From assembly GCA_000091205.1 (NCBI GenBank), contig AP006492.2: a stretch of 64,000 nt of DNA. One strand, 5' to 3'. Shown here in pieces: positions 23,559 to 35,453 of this stretch (positions are counted from its first letter, which is position 1; each line of letters begins with the position of its first letter). The position numbers and the translations under genes are program-made. Below the pieces are notes generated by a model. It was given only the letters and a program-made list of their open reading frames with translations, ran no database searches and was not told where the DNA came from. Source of the stretch: Cyanidioschyzon merolae (Eukaryota).

Positions 23559-24839
23559 TGGCTTGAACTCACAGAGGAAATTCTCGTGCGCGCAACAAAA
23601 AGGTGATGTCACTCAAAACCAAGAAGGACCAGAGCGGAGGGCTCCATCGGACCACAGCGCTAACATCGCTGCTGCAGGGCGATCCTGCCTTTGTTTCTGG
23701 AACTCTTTGTTCACCCCAAAGATCGAAATTTACTCTAGGTGTTCGACAGTTATCGTCTCGCGTGCAGCAAACAGAAGCGATTGCTCCGGCTGAGCGAGAT
23801 AGCGACAGTCGGTTTCTCTCGCCACCTTGGGTATGGGCTAAGCTGCTTACTGGCTCAGAAAATCAACTGAGCAAACAGTGCCCGACCAATATAGGTGGCT
23901 TTACGCGCAGCGCTGCACACTGAAGCGTCGAAGTCGAACGAGAAGTTCATTCATTGATTGACTGCAGCGCTTTGAGGCAAGCCTATCCTCCGGCGCGCCT
24001 TTCATGATGGAGTGGGACGACGAAGCGACGTGACCGCTGGCATTCGCGCGATGCAGCTGCGGCAATTCTTATTTCCGACGACAAAACGTTCACAATTACC
24101 GATGGATACCATATCGTGGGATGGGTATTGGCTTTAGGGAAAGCGTCCATCATGCTGCTGCACCCTACCTGCAAGTTCCATTAATTATATTTCCGTTCGG
24201 ATACCCTGGTCGTTTCGCACGTCCTGCGGTGCGCCCGGTGTATCCTGTATGCACCCGCCTTTGAGTTTGTACCGCTAGACAAGATGCATCACAGAGAAAG
24301 AACGGTTTTGTCACACCACAGAGCGCGTTGGCCCGAGGCATCGTTCATCTGAAACGGGGTCGGGGTTCATATCATTCTGGGAGGCTGCAAGCTGTGCAGA
24401 CAGACCTACTGCCTGCGACAGCGCGAAGCGATTTAGTAGGAGTTCGCCGCTGCAAGGGGGACGCCCAGACGCTGCATGCCCCATAATTGTCACAGGATGA
24501 ACTGTGTAGCGGACGGGCTGCTCAGATCTCACTACGGTACCAGCCACTGCAGAGTTGCACAGAGCAGCTGCCCGGCAGGCTCATCGGGCTCCGGTGACCT
24601 TTCGCCTGAACGAGAAACTTTCGATGATCCGTAAAGCTTCCCTCCTTCTAACGTTTTCTGTGGAGGGGGAACGAAATTGTTATCGATCTGCTAGTTAGTG
24701 TTTAGTATTTGTTCTTTGCTCTCTACAGTGAGCTCCATAAGCGCACCTCCATATCCGGCATGCATGATACAAGACGTGCATCTTGCTGTTTAAGGGAAAC
24801 TCGATCCTGAAAAGTCGTCCTCCTTTTGTGCTAATGTAG

Positions 24840-27200
24840 AAGGTGTATTTACGTTCAAGTCATAGCAAAATTACAGTCATTCATTTCAATTGTGTTTCAA
24901 CCCTCAAGTTAGTATATTCAAGTGATTTTTCGCGGTTTGTAGCTGAGGCGCTCAAAGTGCGTTCGTTTCCTCAAATAAAAAAATAAAGTTATGGAAAATG
25001 AAGTGGAGGATCCTGAAGGGCCCGTGTTGCCCGCTGCCGGAAAAAAGTAAAAACAGTGCCGAGGATAGAGGAACAGGAGAAGACAAAGAAGCAGGGGGGA
25101 GACGTCAAAACGAACTCGAAAGACAGCACTACGACGAGAATGTAGTGCAAGCCTTTCTGCTATGGCATGTCAAGGATCCCTACAAATAAAAGTTGCGGGA
25201 GGCCGTCAGAAACCGTGTCGAGTCGTACTCCACGAGTATTCTTGAGGCTTCTTCAGGATTAAGGCATCTGGCGTAGCACAAGTATCGCGAAGTGACGGAC
25301 CTTAAAACAGTTGAGGTTCCGGAAGAATTTTTCGACGAAACCTTTATTCGTCACCAGAGGCTTGTCACAGAGAAATGTGGAAGAGAAATGAGCGAGCCTG
25401 TGTCCTCCACGAAAACTTCGCCGAACATCGCTTCAACAGAACTCGATACAGGGGAACTCGAATATTTAGAGATACGGTACAATGAATCATCTCACGAACC
25501 TGAAGAACCATGTGACCATGAACCTCAAAAGCTTCATGATACGCGCCGTGTTTGCGCTTTACCAGGGCCTCTCTCACAGAGCGAGATGAGCGATTATCGA
25601 TGGCATCACGAGCGATAATAAGAATGAACAGGAGATAGAATTCGTCGACAAGAAGAGATCACACAGGAGAAAGAAAGAAGTCTCTGCAATCTGTGTGGTA
25701 CTGGAGCTGGCCAATCCGGTAGAAAAGGTATCAGAGATGGAAAACGATGGAAAAGATGTTATTCCATCATTCTGTGTTAAATCGTGATCCTGAATCGAGA
25801 GCTCGAACGCAAAGCGGAGGTGGAGCCGGCTGTGAAAAAATGAAGAGTCGGAGAAAAGGAAGGCTTTTCTGATAGAAAAGCGCTTCAATATCGTTCCTTA
25901 ATGCAACATCGAGTGGCGCTTGATGACCATCGACTACATAGCCCTCCATGGCATCATTAGCGATATCAGTCCGGAGTTTGATGTAACCAGGAGAATTTTT
26001 ATGGTGAAAGCCAGGATACTGTTTGGAAGAATATATTCGATTTCAAAACTTTCAACACAAGCAAGAAAAGGTATCCACGGGAATCATCGAAAGCGATGGG
26101 GCATCCATATGCGTACCCTATCGGCGCTTGAAGGCGGATCGGTCTTTTCTGTTTTCGTTGTTGCCCCTAGCGAAGCATGAATAAAAGAAGGAGGCAGGTC
26201 CTATCACGCATGGGATGCAGGAGGACGTCATTGTCGTCAGCGTTGACCCTGGGAACAAGTATATCATGGCAATCGCAGTATCCAAGTCTGGAAAAGACGG
26301 CATTGACTGTAACTTACGTCAAAAAGACATGCAGCTTTTGAAGCTCTCAATAGCGAAATATTACCGAGAGTCCGGAATAATGCATGCAAGGAAGAAAAGC
26401 GAGACGTGGAATTGAGGAGTGAAGGAGCACCTGGAAGCGATCAGCCAGATGACGAGCCGAGGAGCGGACTTTCAAGCTTTTCTGGAATTGATGAAAATTC
26501 GCGCTGCTCATTACGAGGCGCTGTGGAAAGAGTACACAGAGACCTCGTGGGCTCGTCAGCGTACGAGCCTGTGCGGAGAAAAGAAGCGTGCATTCACCAA
26601 CTTCTTCAATCAGTTGGGTGCCCTCAAGGTAGTCAAGAGTCAAAGGCTCGTAGCAGCGTGCGGAACAGGGCGCTGGGCGTCCAAAAAGGGAACATTCCAG
26701 CTCCATCTACAAGAGCGTACAAAGAGTACGCACATCGTTTTCTCACAGTACCTATGGATGAGTTCCGAACGTCATGCATACACCATGAGCTGGGGTGTAC
26801 GCTCCGGAGGGTCGTGACGGGAAAGTGTCGGTTGGGCTCTGATGATATCGAAAATTACGGAGAGCTAATGGAACAGAAAATTGAAAGGAGAGCGAAAGTT
26901 CGAGGACTACATGCATTAGTGAGTACAAGCAGCTGCAAGCAACGTATGGAGTTCGTGAATCGAGGCTTTAACGCTGCGATCAGTATCAGGAGATGTGCGG
27001 TGCTGAAAACAAGATCCGCGGAGTTGACAAGAGCCAAGTCTCTGGGGCAATCTTTCAGACTCGAAATGTGCAAGAAGAAGCTGAAGCCGATAGCAGGCGG
27101 CTGGTCGAAAAAGACTGGGAGGCGTCTGCACGTCGGTGTATAGACATAAACTCTATGGTTGTAAAGGATTCGCCGTTTCTTTCATCCTCGGGGAGATTAT
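24840..27200 (+). mobile_element. Family-A element, copy 1 (about 2.4 kb). It encodes a decayed TnpB/Fanzor-like RuvC nuclease, frameshifted and with internal stops.
   Basis: The 5' region matches copy 2 ('agt.tattcaa.tgatttttcgcggttt.tagc...ataaa...gttatggaaa.tgaagtggagg'). ORF pieces show a RuvC-I-like 'VVSVDPGNKYIMAIAVSKSG' (26215..), then '..KKRAFTNFFNQLGALK..RLVAACGTGRW' and 'AYKEYAHRFLTVPMDEFRTSCIHHELGC' (the TnpB 'YKA...V.P..TSQ.C..CG' zinc ribbon), then the RuvC-III-like 'KQRMEFVNRGFNAAISIRRCAVL' (Pfam OrfB_Zn_ribbon consensus '..dRDvNAAiNIlrrg'). The 3' tail is 'gggaggcgtctgcacgtcggtg...ctctatggttgtaaagg'. Confidence 0.65.
26215..27143 (+). pseudogene. TnpB/Fanzor-like nuclease ORF remnants of copy 1 (RuvC-I through RuvC-III), split across at least two frames.
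   Basis: ORFs 26215..26415, 26419..26817 and 26406..27143 together carry the RuvC-I, zinc-ribbon and RuvC-III motifs listed for the element. Frame changes near 26700 indicate inactivation. Confidence 0.6.
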
Positions 27201-27959
27201 TCAACGCCCTTGTCGGATGGAAATGATGCACAGAACCGCTTGCTCTCTTAAAGCCTTTGATTCTATTCCAAACTTTTCACTAGGTTATAGCCTCGGCATT
27301 CCAGGCTTAGCTAGGAAGACTTACGGATTTCAACGTAGTTTAAGCACCCGAGATCGTCTACTCGGATTGGCTCCATTGAAGCTTTTTGTGGCTGGAATTC
27401 GTTACGTGAGCAGAATTAGCATTATTCGAGACCCACTAAGACAAGGTTTCATAAAATAACCCATATTATTCTCCGACTTATACATACAATCTTCCGCTCT
27501 TATCTTTTCCTAACATTTGGTAAGGTAAATCATGCATTCCACAAGTCTTCGAGTTTTGTGTTTTGAGACAGCTCGGGTGCGCAACAATGTGCGCCTCTGA
27601 ATTGACGGAAGAAATATTCCACGTCATCGCTTGACGACTTTTTACCAAGAGCATCCCGGAAGTTTACATAATCTGTCATTTCAAAAACTTAACTCCCTTC
27701 GGAACAGAAATCCTCTTTTCTCGAGGGCCGCTGACGAATCGTAATTCCACTACAGACGCCTTTCACGTGCTATGCTCTCGGAGGCTCCACTTTCTTCTGT
27801 TTGCATGGGAAAGTTCATTCGACTCGGACGTAGCTCGTTGTGACGATCCCTTTCAGTGGAGCGTGCGTCAATGCTACGCGAGATTAGAGCAGAGATGAAT
27901 CGAAATTTCACGGCTTGCTCTCAGTCTGGGATTTTCGTTCCGGTGCTTGTGTGACCGGG

Positions 27960-28560
27960 TTTAGCATCGCTTTTACGAATCTTTTTTAATGGGAGAGTGT
28001 GCGCTTCCATGTGCAGCGGATAGAGTACATGCTGATCGGATCTCCTGGAAGAAATCCGTGATCGCATTGTGAGGCACCTGGTGGGTAAACAGAGGAGCGC
28101 ATCCAAAGCAGCCTCCTATATCCCTCAAGTGCATGTACATAGCGATAAAGCAAGCGATCGCGCGCTGCAGGGCAGCGATCTAAGGAGAAGGAGGAGATGT
28201 GGTGGACGTATGCGAATACCTGACCACAGGCAAATGCCACCTCTGCGAAGGGCGCATATGGGTTGTACGCAAAGAAAATGAAAATCAGAAGCGAAACGTA
28301 GATCCTAACTGCCGCCTATGCATAGAACGCGTCTACAATAGCCAGAAAGTGCGAAATGGAGAGTTAAGCACTGAGATCAACATCCTTCGACTGCTGGCAA
28401 CAGAGCTGGAGAGACTGGAGATACTAGCTTCATTAAAGCTTGAGATAAGGGAGAGGAAAAAGAAGCAGTCGAACAAAAGGACCACATTTGCTGATATTGG
28501 TATCCATGACGAGAGACCCAAAATTTGGTGTGTATGCCTTGGTTCGTAAAGTGAATCCGC
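27960..28560 (+). pseudogene. Family-B TnpB-like fragment B1 (zinc ribbon plus a degenerate RuvC-III).
   Basis: ORF 28199..28549(+) reads 'DVCEYLTTGKCHLCEGR...VDPNCRLC...RNGELSTEINILRLL', giving the TnpB pattern TSxxCxxCG...CxxC...'NAA.NIL'. It is homologous to 46873..47493(-). On the opposite strand, 27986..28240(-) 'GASQCDHGFLPGDPISMYSIRCT' matches 47038..47616(+) and 62971..63330(+). Confidence 0.5.
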
Positions 28561-28847
28561 TCCGTTTTATTTTGACCTGGGTGAAGATGCAAACGAAAGA
28601 CGCAAACTGAAAAGACACTTTTGTACTAAAACATTCAGAATCTGCGCTGTGCGTCTACACTTGGTTCCATACAATTTGCGCATTGTTATAATACGCGCAA
28701 TACGCGCTTACAGCTGAGAGCGAGTTCGGAAGCAAAAGATCTGAAATAGCAGGAATCCAGCACAGTCGCTTACCGGGAGAAAATAAACCGCGTCGGCCTA
28801 GAAGTCAGAACCGAGCACGGCATTGTTTCCTGCAATAAAACGGAAAC

Positions 28848-31550
28848 ATGCCAGACAGGGACTCGGGTCGCAGCCCGAGCGACGCTTCAGGCAGAAACGT
28901 CGGCGCAGTTGACGACCACTCAGGTCCCGGTGGAGTCCATGCGTGGCTATTTAAGCTGAAACAAGGAGGTGTTCTTGCACCCGGTGACCAGATTACGGCG
29001 AACTATAAGCGTGACGTTTTCATTGCTGAGGTAGATTCTGCAGGTTTTCTCGTTGTTCTCGGTGCGCGGGAGGCTTCTACGGGTACAGATAATAGCACCG
29101 AATACCAAGATCTGATAGGCGTCCGCTTTGGATCTCCAGACAGTTTTATGGAAGCCATGACGAATATCTACCTGTCGCGTCGAAGAGGAAGACGTGGTCG
29201 CGAAGGGTTAGACGGTTGGGAAAGCTGCGTTGCACAGCGCCAGCAGAAGTCTCTGGGAGAACTCTATCGCGAGCTCGAACAACTAGTCAACGCGAGTTCA
29301 GATCAGAGTCTTGAAGGAGGAAGAGGCAAACTTGAGGGTTCTTCTGTGAAACGTATGACGCCTGGGTCCCGGGGAAGCTCCCGAAAACGGATACAAAGAA
29401 AATCGAATGAGCCCTCGACTAGTTCGGATGAGGCCAGCGCTGTTCACCAATCCCTGTCCTTCGCCAAGCGAAAAAGCCAGGTGTCACGAGCTTCCGAGGA
29501 ATCCCCTTCCCAAAGCGAAAGCAGCCAGGAGCAGCAAACGAACGAGTTGCGACTAGAGCGGCGTTCTACACGCGCTGGTTCTCATGATGATGCTACCGTC
29601 AGCACCTCTTCTGGGCCAAGACATGATGGAAAATCGAGTGAACTGCACATCGAAGCGCATCCTCGCAAATACCAAGCTCAGCAGGGAGGCGTAGAAAAGA
29701 AGTTCCCCGAAAAATTGCCCCGTCGCTCTTCGGGAGTGGCCGCGCATCGAAAGGATACGGCTGAGCCTCATCCAAGGGGTTCCAGCGATTCAAGTCCTGA
29801 AGAATTGACTGAATCTGAACGTACTCAGAAAGCGATTCGTGACCAGCACAAAGTTCATCCCGCTGAAGCAAACAACAGCAGCTTTTCAACAGCTCAGTGG
29901 GAATCACTGAATTTGGAACAAATAGCCCGAAGAATGTTGGAAATGTTAACTTTGAAGCCCAAAGCTTTATTTGATGACGCGGATCCCGAATCGCTCATGC
30001 GGCTGCAAGAGCTTTCAGAGCACGTGAAGGCTAAGTTACAAAGTCTTTCGGCACATGCTCGAGCTGAAGAGCCCATTCTAGCGTCGTTCGCTGCGGGATA
30101 CTTAAAGGGGATTGGCGAGGGCAGAAGCGCCATTGCACATGTTGCGACGAAAGCAGTTACATCTGGTTCTTTTGAGGCTGATGGGGAATCGGAGAATTTG
30201 AGCCGGATTAAGGGTCCTCAGGGCACTGCACTGGCTCCCTCTGCGAGGTCTACCGAAGCTGACACTACGATCGAATCCGACGACACAGAGCGTCCCACTG
30301 AGGCTCGAACTTCCGAGTCAGAGAAAGGTTCAAAGCGTCGAAAGGTGGAGTGGGATGGGCTACGTACTAAGCTTGAGGCAGAAATGATGGCTAGGCAGGA
30401 GCTAGAACTCGAGCGACGAAATCTTCTCGTGAGTCTGTCGGATTCTCAAAAGTTTCTCGTCCGCGAAGCCAAAAGGCGCCGATTGCTTGAGTCGGAGCTC
30501 TCAGCAGAGCGCATGCAGAGTAGCGAACTGCGGGGTAGAATCGATCGAATCCATCTTCGATTAAGCCATCTACTCGGCATCGACAATGAAAATTTCTTGC
30601 GCATCGATGGAGACGAACGCGTTGATCATAGCGTTCAGAGTGCAGAAAATGCGGAGAAACTCAGCGAAAATCATCCGCAAACTGTGGATGAGGAAGAGCA
30701 GATCGTCAGTGAAAGAGGTTCCCAATTCACAACTCCCGGTGAATTCTCCAGGAGGGCTGAAGACCAGCCTTCACATCCGACCGGAAGCCAGTTTTCATTA
30801 TCTGAGAACCAAGTTTTGAAGGCGCGTCTGCGAAGAATTGAACGCGAACTCAGAGAATGGAAAGCCATGCTCGTATCCGAGCGGTGCGTGCGTGCGATCT
30901 TGGTCGATGCAAAGTCGCGACTGGAATCTGATATTGGCGACTTACGCATCATATCGGAAAAGGTTCAGGAACGAAAGCGACCGCACAAAGAGTCGTCTCA
31001 GAAAAAGTCGAAAAAGAAGGCGAGTTCGAAAGGACATGCGCAAACTCTGGCTCCATCGCAGCATATGGGACAATCTCTGTCAATGTTGCCAAACGTTCCT
31101 GTAATCTACGGGAACGAGATATCCGCCTATGATCGAATGGCCGGATTTGTTCCGCCTTCGATGCCGGAGACTGTCCCAGGATTTAGCGCCTACTCACCAG
31201 TCTATTACTATCCATCTTTGCCGCAAAGAAACGGTCTTCCTGGAGAAATGCCATTAATTATGTCAGCGCAGAACATGTGGCCTCCGCAGGAAGTGGTTCA
31301 ACATCAGTACGGAATTGCTCAACCTTTCGTGCACCTGGACGCGGCCCAGCTACCTGGACATGGCGTGGAGGCGAATTTCCCGTCTGGTGTTGAGCAGGAG
31401 ACACGCTATGGATATATGACGGAGAATTACCCGAACTTTGACGGTACGTTTAGAGGGGGGGTACCCGGTACGATACCATCTATGGTCAACCAAGTGTTCG
31501 CCCGTGATCCGCCGCCCTTCGATTACAGGAATGCGCAGGGCTCACGATGA
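28848..31550 (+). CDS. Hypothetical protein of 900 aa. It has a small N-terminal globular domain, a long Ser/Glu-rich low-complexity and coiled-coil centre, and a Pro/Tyr/Gln-rich C-terminus.
   Basis: A 2.7 kb ORF beginning at ATG 28848. The N-terminus 'WLFKLKQGGVLAPGDQITANYKRDVFIAEVDSAGFLVVLG' resembles a reader-type β-barrel, but no family could be assigned. Coiled-coil heptads run around 30350-30560. Confidence 0.5.
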   Translation: MPDRDSGRSPSDASGRNVGAVDDHSGPGGVHAWLFKLKQGGVLAPGDQITANYKRDVFIAEVDSAGFLVVLGAREASTGTDNSTEYQDLIGVRFGSPDSFMEAMTNIYLSRRRGRRGREGLDGWESCVAQRQQKSLGELYRELEQLVNASSDQSLEGGRGKLEGSSVKRMTPGSRGSSRKRIQRKSNEPSTSSDEASAVHQSLSFAKRKSQVSRASEESPSQSESSQEQQTNELRLERRSTRAGSHDDATVSTSSGPRHDGKSSELHIEAHPRKYQAQQGGVEKKFPEKLPRRSSGVAAHRKDTAEPHPRGSSDSSPEELTESERTQKAIRDQHKVHPAEANNSSFSTAQWESLNLEQIARRMLEMLTLKPKALFDDADPESLMRLQELSEHVKAKLQSLSAHARAEEPILASFAAGYLKGIGEGRSAIAHVATKAVTSGSFEADGESENLSRIKGPQGTALAPSARSTEADTTIESDDTERPTEARTSESEKGSKRRKVEWDGLRTKLEAEMMARQELELERRNLLVSLSDSQKFLVREAKRRRLLESELSAERMQSSELRGRIDRIHLRLSHLLGIDNENFLRIDGDERVDHSVQSAENAEKLSENHPQTVDEEEQIVSERGSQFTTPGEFSRRAEDQPSHPTGSQFSLSENQVLKARLRRIERELREWKAMLVSERCVRAILVDAKSRLESDIGDLRIISEKVQERKRPHKESSQKKSKKKASSKGHAQTLAPSQHMGQSLSMLPNVPVIYGNEISAYDRMAGFVPPSMPETVPGFSAYSPVYYYPSLPQRNGLPGEMPLIMSAQNMWPPQEVVQHQYGIAQPFVHLDAAQLPGHGVEANFPSGVEQETRYGYMTENYPNFDGTFRGGVPGTIPSMVNQVFARDPPPFDYRNAQGSR

Positions 31551-34500
31551 CACGTTTCACGGAATCGCTGCGTTTGCAGCGCGTGCATCTGGATCCTCTG
31601 TGGCACTTGGCAGTACAATGCATGCCATCTATACGAATTTTTCGGACACCGCGAAGCGGACTCAGAATCGACTGGCTTTCGTCAGATGCCGATCATTGTT
31701 CGGAGAGGCAATATATTTGTGAAAGATAAGCGGCAGAGGGGGAAGAATCATTTGATGTGCTTCTCAGACAGTTCCTGAAGTACTCTACCTTGCAAACTTT
31801 ACCTGTTGCTCCTCGAGATGCCAGAGGAGAACGTATCCGCAAATCCTTCGGCGCTGCTACAACAGTCTGAGGATAACTTGGTACACGTCTTTTAACCTGG
31901 GTACACACTCTAAAGTTTGCGTCACAGCCCATTGCCATCTACGAATCCAGTCCTTGCAGTCCTTTTCTCTACCTGCTTCATTTTTCCCGCTCGTGTCTCA
32001 GGCATTACGAAGGTCTCTCACGTCACTCCAGCTCAGTTGGCAGCGGTCGACGGATGCTGATGGCGGCGTTAATGCCCTATTTCACGGCTTCTGGATATTG
32101 TCAAGGTTCTACATGCAGAGGCAAAAGTTGCGACGTAGGCTTCGCTTGCCATTTCCATCTTCCTTTTATATAGCATCAGTGTCCACGTCGTAACCATTTC
32201 GCCGTACGGTTGTCAGGTGTTCTCATGTGTCCGCCACATGGCCGCCTCCGAGGACTGCAATTTGGGGCGTAAGCGCATGCTTCAACACTTGGTATATGCC
32301 CTTGACAGGAACAGATGGGTCCCGCTATACGCTCCTCCGTTTCCAAGCCTGGTACCGTACACTGTTATCACGGACTTCTTCGGGGCAATGTGCTTGACGA
32401 GTACTGGATATGCTGAAGATGCAAGCGCGCGCTTTTATATTCAAAAGACGACTAATAGAGCGTGATGTTTTCATGATGAAACAATTATCGGCAGGAAAAT
32501 CCAGGCTGGAGAGCAAGTCAAGAAATTCGATCCGTTTACTCCTGCATTGTGCGAAGCGTTTACGCACGCTTCTCTGAAAACAATCTTCGCAATGGCTCAA
32601 GTCCGGGCCAACGACCCTTTCCCATGCAAACAGAAGAGATGGAAGGCCCTGGGACATATCCCGTTAGCAGTATCATGCCGGTGTGGAATGCCTTTCGTCA
32701 ATGGCCGCAGAGTAAAATTTGTCTTCCGAACAGATTCGATTATTGGACGTAAGGAGATCATTGAACTTTTGGCGCGACCTTGCAAAGAAACCTCCGAGCG
32801 TTGACTTCTGGTTATTTTCCTTGTTAATCCAGCAACATAAATTTTTGCATCCTCGAGTTGCTCCGGAACCGTAAAATATTAAAAATGAAAAAGACGTGAC
32901 GTAAATATATAACCCGTAATGAAAAGAGAAGAGCGACACTCATTCTTATGAACTGGATGATGCTATCCGATATCTTTTTACGAACCCTTATTCGAGTGTG
33001 TTGCAAATCATCGTGGCCCCGGAGAGGTGACGGATTCTAGCGGCAAATATTCGAAGGCGCCGCTCTACAAAGAAGGAAGACAATCCTAAGTCTGGTTAGG
33101 AAGCCGTATGCACTTATTCCTGCATTTGGATTGTCGATGTCGTGCATCTAAAAAATCTCAAAATAAACTTACAGGCATGGACAGAGTGAGCAGTTCCGTG
33201 TACCATTTTAGTATAAAAGGGTTAAGGAGCTGGGTTTCCGCGCCTAGATGGCTGGGAGTTCAACCATTTCTGATTCGATGAAAAATGAAAGCAAGGCAAC
33301 GAAAGAAAACATTATCTGAACGAACCCTGTCGTTTGGTTTACTGAAGTTGTATTCACCACATGCATCAGAAATGACTGCAAGGGACTGAAAGTGCGACTA
33401 ACATCCAGTAACGGATATCTATAAAGAAACGGTTTTCGGGAGGATAACTTTGGGAGTCGCGCCTGACGTAGGGAGTGAACAAGAATTTTAGGCCGCTATG
33501 ACGTGACATGAGTTTCACGGACAGCGACATATCAGGCGACCAACAGACCTCGTGTTGGAAAGACGATTACCAGTTTGTCTGCTTCTGTCGATCATACCAC
33601 GAAACTAAGAAGCAGCTTTAGAAATAGTCCTTCAGACTTTATGACGAGCAGTGCTCTATGGATGACGAGAAGTTTCTGCAAGAGATTCTTCCGTTCACAA
33701 ACATAAGCCGCATCAGTATTCAGGCATCAAGAGGGCGACGAGATCGCATTCCGAAGCACGGTTACCAGAAGGGTTCTATCTAGAGAAAGCAATGGGGAGG
33801 TATCCCGACTGAATCTCCGCTCATAAATTCTCGATCATCTCATTTCGGATAAGGATGAATTGGTGCATGTCGCCCGAATGCATGCTGGACGCCGCCGTCT
33901 GGAATCGAGTTACACTCGCGCTCCGACAGAATTCAGATTGCGCGCTCGTTTTCGTACGCCGCGCACGTCGATTTTCGCTTGCAGAAATAAAATTTTTTGA
34001 TCAGCGGAAGGCTGTCACTTACAAACGATCACCCGTTGTGCGATTGATATCGTCTATCGGGACACCGCCCAGCCTTCCGTATTCCTATGTCCATTTCCCA
34101 CCAGCTCCCACCCATGCCTCCTCTAGATGCTAAATTTTTAGTTCGCGAGTTCCGCCATACCCCGACCGTGCCGCAAGTGTTCGCAATGGCGCCTGCAGCG
34201 CTCGTGGGGACGCAGTTCGGAAAGTCATGCTTTGCTCTACCACTGGGGCGTTCGCTCGGGCCGTCCTTCACCCGAAGCTGGGCTGGAACTGGTCGCTTTT
34301 CCGGGATACAACAGGCGATTTAGACGGATTCAGTGCCGGCGGCCGGAAGATACATTCTGATAGATCATAGTAATCAGTGCGCTGCCTGTACGCAGCTAAA
34401 ACACTCCCTGTCCAAAAACACACTGCGTTGTGGACGAGAGCCTCAGAGCTTACGGCAGTGCCTGCCACTTGCGGCTCGCCGAGCACTAGCCTAACGCAGT

Positions 34501-35453
34501 CGTCGGGGTCGCGGGAACTCCTGCCTCGAAGATATACTTTCGAATAAATGGAAAAAATTTCCATATTTCATCTTCCGCCTACGGGGAATAAATATGTTAA
34601 CGACCTTCATTTTAGCGGTAAGCGTCAGTGATTTTTTCCCACAAGAGTTCAACAGAATTGTTTTGAGTGCATAGCTGTTTCGGTATCGAGCCTGGCCAGG
34701 AGACATAATGGCGCTGTCCACTGGCTGCCTCCATTAAGGCGATTCAAGACGTTTTGCTTGTATGCATTCATCGATCTTAGCAGAGGGAGCGTCCATGAAC
34801 ATTATTACATTACCCAACAGAATTTTTTACCAGCTGTGAAACTGGTTCTTTCAGCATAGATATTTTGGCGCCATCGAGTCTCCCATGACCTGCAATTTTT
34901 ACTCGGAAAGATGCAAAAATGGAACACAATTACTTTTCACCGCTCTGCCAAGGAAAACGCCCCCGTTGTACGTAAACGGAGCTCCAGTACTGCTGGAGTC
35001 CTAAATCATAGCACAACAGTGCTGTGCTCCAAGAAAGAATCCAAGGCCTTCTTTCTTGGCCACCTGTTTTAATTTCTTCCCGAGTGCATTGGACTTTAGC
35101 GCAGTGGCCATCCTGAGGACTAAGCGATTGCATTGAAATTCCGCCCGAAATGAGACTGCAGAACGCTCCAGAATCAGATAACCTTTTCCGATATCGATCG
35201 AGGCGTTGAACTCTCTTTGCGGAAGTTGCTTGCGCACATTGTTGCCTGTGGATTCACAAAATCGCAAGCTGCTAACTTTCCATTGACTCACCATCTAAAG
35301 GGCATTCAGCCTTCCGTATTCCATCTCCAGCGTCCGGCTCAGCGTTAATCTCTTTGTTTCTAGTTTTCTAAGCGTATACCCCTGCTCATGATGCGTGAAT
35401 GTCGTCCTGAGCGCTCCGAGGAGAATCGTACAGGGTAGGTACTTGCACTCGTT

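Noticed and set aside
23101-23793. 230-aa plus-strand ORF overlapping NAA40 antisense
   Set aside because: It has no recognisable motifs, whereas the minus strand carries a clear GNAT/NAA40 signature. It is treated as a spurious antisense ORF.
32800-33450. AT-rich 650 bp tract as a candidate centromeric or origin element
   Set aside because: It is a single tract with no internal tandem periodicity visible by eye, so the evidence is insufficient. It is noted only as a compositional feature.
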